This document shows, in pieces, positions 56,113-64,000 of a stretch of 64,000 nucleotides of DNA (position 1 is its first letter; each line of letters opens with the position of its first letter). Source of the DNA: Mycobacterium sp. Lineage in GTDB: Bacteria; Actinomycetota; Actinomycetes; Mycobacteriales; Mycobacteriaceae. The stretch is from NCBI GenBank assembly GCA_035625875.1, contig DASPOT010000304.1, positions 1,891-65,890 on the forward strand, read 5' to 3'. The translations under genes and the position numbers were made by a program. Under the pieces are notes generated by a model. That model was not told the DNA's origin, did not search any database, and saw nothing but the letters and a program-made list of their open reading frames with translations.

Positions 56113-58043
56113 GCGTCCCGTTGCTGATCGCCGAGGCCGGTGGCGACCCCTGGGCGGTCAACAAAAGCCTGCAGGCTGGTCGGCCCGCGCAGATCGCCGA
56201 TTTGGCGCAAGCGTTTCATAACGCGGGTCAACGCACCAAAGACGCCGACACCGCCTTCGGTCAGGCACGCGAGCGTTTCGAGAAATCCTGGAATCGGGAC
56301 AACGGCGAGCACCCGATCAACGACTCCGCCGAAGTGCAGCGCGCCACCCAGACCCTGGGGTTGCAGGCCGCACAACTGCCCAACATCGCCGTCGATCTGG
56401 AAAACGTGGCGGCTGCGTTGGCCGAGGCGCAACGATCTGGCGGCGGGCAGATCGCGACTTTGGAGACTCGACTGGAAACACTCGACGACTGGATCGGCCA
56501 AGCCGAAAACCTGATCCGCCAAGACGACACCCTGCTCGCTCAAGCTAGCAACGAGGACGATATATCCGCTCTCAAAGCGGATATATCGCGGCTTCAACAA
56601 TACATATCGGACTGTGAACACGAAGCCATTGACGACACCAAAGCAACCCTGGGCCAAGTCGACCACACTCGCGACCAGTATTCGGATACGCTGCAGAATT
56701 CGTTAACCAACCTGCGAACCGATGGGTACGACCCTGCGAGTATCCGAGCGTTCGATGCGCCGGAATCCCCTGCGAAACCGGAAGACGCAAACCAACTTCC
56801 GCCACCGGGCACTAGCGCCAAAGACGTCAACAAGTGGTGGAATTCGCTTAGCCAGGAACAAAAAGACCGGGTGATCGCCGCACACCCGCCAGAGTTAGGT
56901 AACCTCGATGGCATTCCGGTCGAGGCACGCGACGCGGTCAATCAGAAGGTGATGAACGACGACATACAACGGGTGGAGAACGTCGCCAAACAGCACAGGG
57001 TGTGTCCCGACGATGTGGTCAACAATCCGGCGACCTACGGGCTCTCGGCCACTGACATCACCCGCTACATAAACGCGACGAAGGTCAGGGACGGACTCGA
57101 CTTCAACGGGGAGAAAGGCCCCGATGGAAAGCGGAAGAACCCGGTATTCCTTCAGACCTATGAGCCTGAGAAGTTCGGTGGCCAGGGCAGGGCGGCCATC
57201 GCCATCGGCAATCCCGATAAGGCCGACAACACGACTGTCCTTGTCCCCGGCGTCGGCAATAGCGTTCGCGACGGCTATCTGATTAGGCCGGATGGCCTAA
57301 ATGTTTACAAAGAAACTGTGGCGGCCGATCCAGGAAAAAGCACGTCGGTCATGATATGGATGGGCTATGACGCACCCAACAGTCTCACCGACGGGCGGGT
57401 GCTGCGCCCCGATCTGGCGCGGGAGGGCGGAGCGTTGCTGGCCTCCGATGTCAACGGCCTCGAGTTGACCCACGTCGGTAGCGCCGACTCCCATGTCACG
57501 GCGATCGGACATTCCTACGGTTCCACAACGGTAGCCGACGCCGCGGCCGGCTTTGGTATGCACGCCAACGACGTCGTTCTGGTCGGCTCACCGGGGACAG
57601 ATTTGGCTCACAGCGCCGCTGACTTCCACCTGCGCGATGGCGGCCACGTATATGTGGGAGACGCATCGGACGACCCAATCACCTACTCGCGATACCTTGA
57701 GAAATATGTGGAGAATCAAGCACCAGGGAGTGCCGCGCTCGGGTTCGGGCTGGGCACCGACCCCGCCGTCGACAGATTCGGGTCCACCCGCTTCAAAGCC
57801 GAGGTGCCGAGCATGACGTGGCCGTGGCAGGACCACAGCCAATACTTCACCCACGGCACTGAATCCATCTACAGCATCGCCGACATCGCCTCCGGCCACG
57901 GTGCAGATTTGCAACAACACGGCATGACAGCACCGCACCGCGGCGAGTACGGCCTCCCAGACCGGGTGGACCCGGAGCTGCCGCGCCCGGGAACGGGTGG
58001 TCACTATCACACAGCAGTGCCAACCACGGAGAAACCCCGATGA
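56094..58043 (+). CDS. Rv2079-like protein: helical N-terminus plus alpha/beta-hydrolase domain
   Basis: LIAEAGGDPW, WMGYDAP, GHSYG nucleophile elbow, DPI, DHSQYF. Confidence 0.88.
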   Translation: MQLRYISVPLLIAEAGGDPWAVNKSLQAGRPAQIADLAQAFHNAGQRTKDADTAFGQARERFEKSWNRDNGEHPINDSAEVQRATQTLGLQAAQLPNIAVDLENVAAALAEAQRSGGGQIATLETRLETLDDWIGQAENLIRQDDTLLAQASNEDDISALKADISRLQQYISDCEHEAIDDTKATLGQVDHTRDQYSDTLQNSLTNLRTDGYDPASIRAFDAPESPAKPEDANQLPPPGTSAKDVNKWWNSLSQEQKDRVIAAHPPELGNLDGIPVEARDAVNQKVMNDDIQRVENVAKQHRVCPDDVVNNPATYGLSATDITRYINATKVRDGLDFNGEKGPDGKRKNPVFLQTYEPEKFGGQGRAAIAIGNPDKADNTTVLVPGVGNSVRDGYLIRPDGLNVYKETVAADPGKSTSVMIWMGYDAPNSLTDGRVLRPDLAREGGALLASDVNGLELTHVGSADSHVTAIGHSYGSTTVADAAAGFGMHANDVVLVGSPGTDLAHSAADFHLRDGGHVYVGDASDDPITYSRYLEKYVENQAPGSAALGFGLGTDPAVDRFGSTRFKAEVPSMTWPWQDHSQYFTHGTESIYSIADIASGHGADLQQHGMTAPHRGEYGLPDRVDPELPRPGTGGHYHTAVPTTEKPR

Positions 58044-58561
58044 CGATAATCCGGGGAGTGATGGCAGCCGCAGTGGTGGCCTTCGCGGCGATCCTTCAGG
58101 GATGCGGAGTGGTGGGCTTGGTGAAGTATGGACAGTGGGGGCTAGTTCCGATGACACCCGAAGAATCCAAAGCGCAGGTTGTCGACGCCGCGCGCGATAT
58201 CGTCCACACGCTAGGACTTCGCGACGTCGGCGCGGTGTTTCAACGCATGTCCTGCAACGATCAGAACGAGCCGCCGTGCCGGGCGCAGCTCTCGATCGAT
58301 TACCCGCATCCTCCAACGTATGAAGAGTCCCAAGCTCAAGTTGCGGCGATGGTCGAACAACTTCGGCGCAACGGATGGGAAGGGGATCCAGGCTTCCACA
58401 GTCACGGCGCAGTGGTACAGAAAAACAACGTGGTGGCGGAGTTCGTCCCATACCACCCGAAACAAACCGTTGGTGGCATCACCCTGTTTGGTGAATGCCG
58501 TGACATCACTACTAAAAAAAGCACCATGCAGGAGGTTTTGCCTCCAAGCGAGTTGCAATAA
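58040..58561 (+). CDS. LppJ-like lipoprotein
   Basis: Lipobox LQGC, SKAQVVDAARDIV, SCNDQNEPP, FGEC. ATGA overlap with the hydrolase gene. Confidence 0.8.
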   Translation: MTIIRGVMAAAVVAFAAILQGCGVVGLVKYGQWGLVPMTPEESKAQVVDAARDIVHTLGLRDVGAVFQRMSCNDQNEPPCRAQLSIDYPHPPTYEESQAQVAAMVEQLRRNGWEGDPGFHSHGAVVQKNNVVAEFVPYHPKQTVGGITLFGECRDITTKKSTMQEVLPPSELQ

Positions 58562-58713
58562 CGCCAAAGAGAATCCTCATACCCGACGAGAAGCCCGGCC
58601 GCTAATGCCGGATATGGCTAAGGCAGTGGAAACCGCGTCGCGCACTATCGCCGCCTTGGTGGTCGGCGAAGATCGCCGCCGACCGCCATGCTGAACGTCC
58701 GAATGCATCCCAC

Positions 58714-58731
58714 TTTGGTACCGTTTTGGTA
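58714..58731 (+). promoter_or_regulatory. Leaderless promoter/operator of the mazEF pair
   Basis: TACCGT (TANNNT) 6 nt before ATG, overlapped by direct repeat TTTGGTA x2. Confidence 0.5.
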
Positions 58732-58964
58732 TGAGCATTCAGATCGCCGTTCGGCTACCCGATGACATCGTCGCCTACCTCGACCGCGAGGTCAGCGAGA
58801 AGCGCGCACCGAGCCGCGCGGCGGTCGTGGTACGAGCCCTCGAACGCGAGCAGCGCCGCCAGATCGCCGCCCGCGACGCCGCTATCCTCTCCGCCACCGA
58901 GCCCGACCACGACCTCGACGCACTTGCCGAATACAACGCAAAACTGGCTCTCGACATCGATTGA
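58731..58964 (+). CDS. mazE: RHH antitoxin (MazE3/Rv1103c-like)
   Basis: QIAVRLPDDIV..SRAAVVVRALERE..LDID. Confidence 0.85.
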   Translation: MSIQIAVRLPDDIVAYLDREVSEKRAPSRAAVVVRALEREQRRQIAARDAAILSATEPDHDLDALAEYNAKLALDID

Positions 58965-59263
58965 TGCGGCCGATCCACCTCGCCCATCTTGACAAGACGC
59001 GACCCGTCGTGATCCTGACCCGCGAACTCGTCCGGCCGCACTTGACTCGCGTGACTGTTGCGCCCATCACCGCTGCCGTTCGCGGCCTGTCCACCGAGGT
59101 CGTCGTTGGTACCCAGAATGGACTTGACCAGACGTCTGTCGTCAGCTGCGACAACATCACTACAATCCCGACAAACGCAATAGGACGCCACATCGGCTAC
59201 CTGCTGCCCGATCAGGAACCGGTTCTCTCACAAGCAATCCGGGCAGCGTTCGACCTCGACTAA
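58964..59263 (+). CDS. mazF: MazF/PemK toxin (MazF3/Rv1102c-like)
   Basis: MRPIH..LDKTRPVVILTRE..VTVAPIT..SVVSCDNITTI. TGATG coupling to the antitoxin. Confidence 0.9.
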   Translation: MRPIHLAHLDKTRPVVILTRELVRPHLTRVTVAPITAAVRGLSTEVVVGTQNGLDQTSVVSCDNITTIPTNAIGRHIGYLLPDQEPVLSQAIRAAFDLD

Positions 59264-59271
59264 AGCACAGT

Positions 59272-59934
59272 TCACCGCAACACCAGCGCCGGGTCGCCGC
59301 GACGGCGATACACCGAGCCGAACCGGGCGTCGATCCGCAACCACGCCGGCAGGATCCGGACCCGGACGATCTCGTCGGCGTCGACAGCCTCCGGCGATTG
59401 CGGCAGGAAACCCATTGCGGTCAAAGCGAACACGCAGCGCATGGGTAGGCCCACGCTGACGTCGGCCGAGCTGACTCGAACCACTTCCTGATCCAGCAGC
59501 GAGACCGGCGGGCCATGAGAACTGCTGTGCTCCTTGGCGAGTTGCGCACCGCGCTGCGCCAGATCGAGCATCACCCGCGCTGGCACGTCATCCACATGCC
59601 TAAAACCAGTCGCCGGGGGCAATGCACCCCGCCACGCGGAATCCATGGGGAAACCGGGGTCGACATAGCCCGAGGCGTCCATCGCGGCCAGCCCGCGCGC
59701 CAATTCGTTTGCGCCGACGGACAAGTCGTTGGGCCGCACGGTGCCGGCCACCACCCGGCTCGCCAGCACATCGAAGCCGGTGGCCACCCATGCCGTCAGC
59801 AACCCGCCGGATCGAGCGCGCAGCCGAATCACCGCGGCGTCGTCGAGCCGCAGCGCACGGTCGACGAAGGTGGCCAAATCCCTGCGGTCGGCGGCGTCAC
59901 CCAGCCATAATCCCCGCTCGGCTACCGCAGCCAC
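59272..59934 (-). CDS. Conserved protein (Rv2474c-like)
   Basis: DLATFVDRALRLDDAAVIRLR, WRGALPP, WLRIDARFGSV. Synteny. Confidence 0.8.
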   Translation of the reverse strand: MAAVAERGLWLGDAADRRDLATFVDRALRLDDAAVIRLRARSGGLLTAWVATGFDVLASRVVAGTVRPNDLSVGANELARGLAAMDASGYVDPGFPMDSAWRGALPPATGFRHVDDVPARVMLDLAQRGAQLAKEHSSSHGPPVSLLDQEVVRVSSADVSVGLPMRCVFALTAMGFLPQSPEAVDADEIVRVRILPAWLRIDARFGSVYRRRGDPALVLR

Positions 59935-60335
59935 CGCTGCAGGTACTCCCGATGCTTCGGCGAGAGGCGCACCAGCCGCTGCTCGTCGATATGGACCGCA
60001 GCCAACTGGGTTTCGGCGATCACCGCCGGCTTCGAGGAGCGCTCCGCGTTGACCGAGCGCACCTCGTAACCGAGCGTGAAGTCCACCGCCCGTAGCCGTT
60101 TCACCCACATGGTCACCTGCAGCGGCGAATCGGCCAGCCGCAGCTGACCTTTGTATGTGACCCGCACATCGGCGATCAACAAGCCGATGGTGGTGATATC
60201 GACGCCGAAGGGCTCCCGCAGGAACGGGACGCGAGCCTCTTCGAGAATCGTGACCATGGTCGCGTGGTTGATGTGCTGGTACATGTCGATGTCCGACCAG
60301 CGCACCGGGACGGGCGCGACGAATCCGGTGCTCAC
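59922..60335 (-). CDS. Acyl-CoA thioesterase (4HBT-like, Rv2475c)
   Basis: [19 protein letters not shown]. Confidence 0.88.
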   Translation of the reverse strand: MSTGFVAPVPVRWSDIDMYQHINHATMVTILEEARVPFLREPFGVDITTIGLLIADVRVTYKGQLRLADSPLQVTMWVKRLRAVDFTLGYEVRSVNAERSSKPAVIAETQLAAVHIDEQRLVRLSPKHREYLQRWLR

Positions 60336-63300
60336 CCGGCCGGTCCTCGTCCACTCGTCCGTGTCATTCGGCGGATCTGCCGCGCCGCGACCGACAGTGT
60401 CGCCAGATCCTTCTGGCCACTCTCGTAGATGTCGGTGAGCGTGCGGCGCGCCCGCTCCACCCGCGAGGCGCTGATGTGTTCCCATTCGCCGATCTTCTCT
60501 TCGCCGCTTTCGTCCGGCTCCCCGACAGCGAGCACGTCGAAACACAGCGACCGCAGCGAGGCGTAGATGTCATCGCGAATCGCCAAGCGCGCCAACGAAT
60601 GCCAGCGGTCGTCGCGGGGTAGCTCGGACACCGCGGTCAAAAGCCCGTCGGTGCCCAGGTGGTCCATCAAGGCGAAATAGGTGTCGGCAACCTCGGCGGC
60701 GTCGATGTCGGCGATGTCGCCGATGTCGATGATGTCGAGCAGGCTGTAGCGGTACAGGCCGACGGCGACCAGGTAAGCCAAATCTTCGGGAACGCCCTGC
60801 GCGGCGAATTCCCGCGCTTCCTTTTCGACGATGGCCTTGTCGTCACCGCGCAGCCACTCCGACATGCGCGGCGTCAGCGCCCTGACCTTCTCGGCGAATC
60901 GGTTGATCTCAGCGCCGACAGCCAGCGGCTGGGGACGGTAGTTGAGCAGCCAGCGTCCGGCACGGTCGATCAGCCGACGGGTATCCAGCGCCATCCGGTC
61001 GGAGACCGCGACCGGCACGTCGGCCGCGCGGATCCGCCGCCACAGCTCCCCCACCCCGAAGATGGCATCGGTGGCGACGTAAGTGCGCACCGCGTCGACT
61101 GGCTTGACCCCGACGTCTTCGGCGATCCGGAACGCATAGGTGATGGCGGCGGTGTCCACCAAATCGTTGACCAGCATGGTGGTGACGATCTCGCGGCGCA
61201 GCTGATGCGAGCGGATCTCCGGGGTGAACCGATCGCGCAGCGGTGACGGGAAGTAGCGCGGCAATCGAGACGCGAACACATCCTGATCCGGCAGGTCGGT
61301 GGCCAACAGCTCGTCTTTGAGCGCCAGCTTGACGTGCGCCATCAATGTCGCGAGCTCGGGCGACGTGAGCCCGATGCCGGCCTCGGCTCGCCGGCGAATC
61401 TCCTTCTCCGACGGGAGGCCCTCGAGTTCGCGGTTGAGCCCACGTTCGGCTACGAACTCCTTGATCTGGCGCTCCTGCGCGTTGAGCAGGCTCGCCGCGT
61501 TGGCACGGCTGGTGCCCATCAAGTCGTTCTGGTCGGCGTTGTCGGCCAGCACCAGCTCGGCGACCTCGTCGGTCATCGACTCCAGCAGCGGTGTGCGCTC
61601 CTCGGGCTTGACCTTGCCCGCGGTGATCAGCGAGTCGATCAGGATCTTGATGTTGACCTCGTGGTCGGAACAATCCACACCGGCGGAGTTGTCCAGTGCG
61701 TCGGTGTTGATCCGGCCACCGCACAAATCGAATTCGACGCGGCCCAGCGGCGTCACACCGAGGTTGCCGCCTTCGGCGATCACCTTGGCGCGCACGTGGT
61801 TTGCGTTGACCCGCACCGGATCGTTGGCCCGGTCGCCGACGTCGGCGTCGGACTGGGTTTCCGCCTTGATATAGGTGCCGATGCCGCCGTTGTACAGCAG
61901 GTCCACCGGCGCCTGCAGGATCGCCCGAATCAGGTTGGGCGGCGTCATCTCGGTGACGTCGTCGTCGATGCCGAGGGCGGTGCGCACCTGCGGACTGATC
62001 GGGATCGCCTTGTGCTCGCGGCTGTACACCCCGCCGCCCTCGCTGATCAACGACTTGTCATAGTCGTCCCAGCTGGACCGGGGCAGTTCGAACAGCCGCC
62101 GACGTTCCTGCCACGAGGCCTCGGCGTCGGGGTCGGGGTCCAGGAAGACGTGCCGATGATCGAAGGCGGCGAGCAGCCGGATGTGTTTGGACAGCAGCAT
62201 GCCGTTGCCGAACACGTCACCGCTCATGTCGCCGATGCCCACAACGGTGAAGTCCTCGGTCTGGGTGTCGACGCCCATTTCCCGGAAGTGCCGTTTGACG
62301 GCCTCCCAGGTGCCCCTGGCGGTGATGCCCATGGCCTTGTGGTCGTAGCCCACCGATCCGCCGGAGGCGAACGCGTCGCCCAGCCAGAATCCGTAGGACT
62401 TGGCGACGTCGTTGGCGATGTCGGAGAACGTCGCGGTGCCCTTGTCGGCGGCCACTACCAGGTAGGCGTCACCGCCGTCGCGCCGCACCACCTCTGGCGG
62501 CGCGTGGACCTCCCGGGTGGCGTGGTCGACGTTATCGGTGACGTCCAGCAGGCCGGAGATGAACAACTGGTAGCAGGCAATGCCCTCGTGGCGGCTGGCG
62601 TCGCGGTCCGCTGCGAGGTCGCCGGTGGGCAGTGGCGGGCGTTTGACGACGAACCCGCCCTTGGCGCCGACCGGCACAATGACCGCGTTCTTGACAGCTT
62701 GCGCCTTGACCAGCCCCAAGATCTCGGTGCGGAAATCTTCCCGACGGTCCGACCACCTCAAGCCTCCGCGGGCGACTTGACCGAACCTCAGATGCACGCC
62801 TTCCACCCGGGGCGAGTACACGAAGATCTCGAACTTGGGGCGCGGCAGCGGAAGCTCGTCGATCAGCTGCGCGTTGAGCTTCAGCGCCAGCACATTCTGG
62901 GCACGGGCCGAATTCTCACGTGTCACAAAGTAATTGGTGCGCAGTGTGGCCTGGATCAGCGAAGCGAACGCGCGCAGGACGCGGTCGGTGTCCAGGCTCA
63001 CCAGGGCGTCGATGTCTGCAACCACCGCGGCGGCGGCCGCTTGCGCGTCACGCCTCTTCGGCGAACTGGAGGGGTCGAACAGCGCCTCGAACAGTGCGAC
63101 CAATGACCGTGCGGTGTTTGGGTTCTCGTTGAGTACCGATTCGATGTGGGACTGGCTGTAGGGAAAGCCCGCCTGCCGAAGGTATTTCGCGTAGGCGCGC
63201 AGCAGTACGACCTGCTGCCAGGTCAACTCCGCGCGCAGCACCAACTCGTTGAACCGGTCGATCTCGACGCGGCGCTCCCAGATGGCGGTGACCGCGTCGG

Positions 63301-64000
63301 CGACACGCCGTGCGGTTGCTTGCCGCTCGGGACCAGGCGGCGCCAGCGGGACGGTCGGTTGCGGTGTGATCTTGAACTGATAGATCCACACCGGCAGTCC
63401 GTCGGGCCGAGTGACGGTGAACGGTCGCTCCTCGAGCACCACGACACCCATGGATTGCAGCATCGGGAGCAGCTGGCTCAATGAGGCGGTTCGCCCGCCC
63501 AGATACCAAGTCAGCCGGGCGGTCTCGTCATAGTCGTGTTCGGACAACACCAGCTTGACCGAATCGTCAGTCAGCTCTTCGATAATGGCGATGTCGTTGA
63601 TGGCATCGGTCGGGGTGACGGTCTGTTTGTAGGCCTCGGAGAACGCCGCCGCGTAGTGCTCGGCCTGGATCTGGCCGACTGAGCCGCTCGCCGCGGCCCC
63701 CATCAGCCGGTCCGCCCATGTGCGCGCGGCTTCGGTCAGCAGCGCCTGGATGCGGACTCGGTTGGCCTCCGAGGTGTCGATGTGCGCGCCGTCCGCCAGT
63801 CGGACCATGAAATGCAGTAGCGCCCAAGGTGATTCAGTGACGCGAGCGGTGAATTCGAGGCTGGTGCCGCCGAACTCGCGGACCAGGATATCCTCGATCT
63901 GCAAGCGCACGGCCGTGGTGTAGCGGTCGCGGGGCAGATAGACCAAGCACGACACGAAGTGCTCGAGCTGGTCGGCGCGCAGGAACAACAGTGCGCGGCG
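60332..64000 (-). CDS. gdh: Large NAD-specific glutamate dehydrogenase (5' end outside the window)
   Basis: [64 protein letters not shown]. Confidence 0.96.
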   Translation of the reverse strand, partial: RRALLFLRADQLEHFVSCLVYLPRDRYTTAVRLQIEDILVREFGGTSLEFTARVTESPWALLHFMVRLADGAHIDTSEANRVRIQALLTEAARTWADRLMGAAASGSVGQIQAEHYAAAFSEAYKQTVTPTDAINDIAIIEELTDDSVKLVLSEHDYDETARLTWYLGGRTASLSQLLPMLQSMGVVVLEERPFTVTRPDGLPVWIYQFKITPQPTVPLAPPGPERQATARRVADAVTAIWERRVEIDRFNELVLRAELTWQQVVLLRAYAKYLRQAGFPYSQSHIESVLNENPNTARSLVALFEALFDPSSSPKRRDAQAAAAAVVADIDALVSLDTDRVLRAFASLIQATLRTNYFVTRENSARAQNVLALKLNAQLIDELPLPRPKFEIFVYSPRVEGVHLRFGQVARGGLRWSDRREDFRTEILGLVKAQAVKNAVIVPVGAKGGFVVKRPPLPTGDLAADRDASRHEGIACYQLFISGLLDVTDNVDHATREVHAPPEVVRRDGGDAYLVVAADKGTATFSDIANDVAKSYGFWLGDAFASGGSVGYDHKAMGITARGTWEAVKRHFREMGVDTQTEDFTVVGIGDMSGDVFGNGMLLSKHIRLLAAFDHRHVFLDPDPDAEASWQERRRLFELPRSSWDDYDKSLISEGGGVYSREHKAIPISPQVRTALGIDDDVTEMTPPNLIRAILQAPVDLLYNGGIGTYIKAETQSDADVGDRANDPVRVNANHVRAKVIAEGGNLGVTPLGRVEFDLCGGRINTDALDNSAGVDCSDHEVNIKILIDSLITAGKVKPEERTPLLESMTDEVAELVLADNADQNDLMGTSRANAASLLNAQERQIKEFVAERGLNRELEGLPSEKEIRRRAEAGIGLTSPELATLMAHVKLALKDELLATDLPDQDVFASRLPRYFPSPLRDRFTPEIRSHQLRREIVTTMLVNDLVDTAAITYAFRIAEDVGVKPVDAVRTYVATDAIFGVGELWRRIRAADVPVAVSDRMALDTRRLIDRAGRWLLNYRPQPLAVGAEINRFAEKVRALTPRMSEWLRGDDKAIVEKEAREFAAQGVPEDLAYLVAVGLYRYSLLDIIDIGDIADIDAAEVADTYFALMDHLGTDGLLTAVSELPRDDRWHSLARLAIRDDIYASLRSLCFDVLAVGEPDESGEEKIGEWEHISASRVERARRTLTDIYESGQKDLATLSVAARQIRRMTRTSGRGPAG

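Noticed and set aside
61334-63106. Long antisense or alternate-frame ORFs (e.g. 61334-63106, 25684-27144, 43561-44823, 49748-51040)
   Set aside because: Shadow ORFs expected opposite real genes in high-GC DNA, with no protein motifs.

Overview
High-GC actinobacterial DNA whose gene content and order match a Mycobacterium chromosome, syntenic with M. tuberculosis Rv2438c-Rv2476c. The core run is nadE, sirtuin, proB, obg, rpmA, rplU, rne, ndk, folC, valS, rpfE, mobA, korBA, clpX, mmuM, clpP2P1, tig, tRNA-Pro/Gly, lipP, nei1, rpiB, Rv2466c, pepN, ctaIJ, HNH, glbO, aglA and gdh. The first ~12.2 kb is an accessory, partly decayed island. Its most striking feature is two direct copies of a 129-bp element with perfect 17-bp IS6-like terminal inverted repeats and no transposase (761-889, 3550-3678). 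They bracket a two-gene cargo (NTT/MFS-type transporter plus Tat-lipoprotein aldo/keto reductase) whose spacer carries CGTC-type REP repeats typical of Proteobacteria. The island also holds an extra signal peptidase I, an Rmf/CrpP-like small protein, a GIY-YIG protein, a coupled SNF2 ATPase + YqhG-like pair and many gene remnants. Variable slots in the core hold two MTP (Rv3312A)-like pilin paralogues (one out of frame at an A8 run after its start codon), a MIRU-type VNTR, a vapC15-like pseudogene, and an Rv2078/Rv2079/LppJ-like triad next to mazEF3. Family assignments come from recalled motifs and sequences, not database searches.
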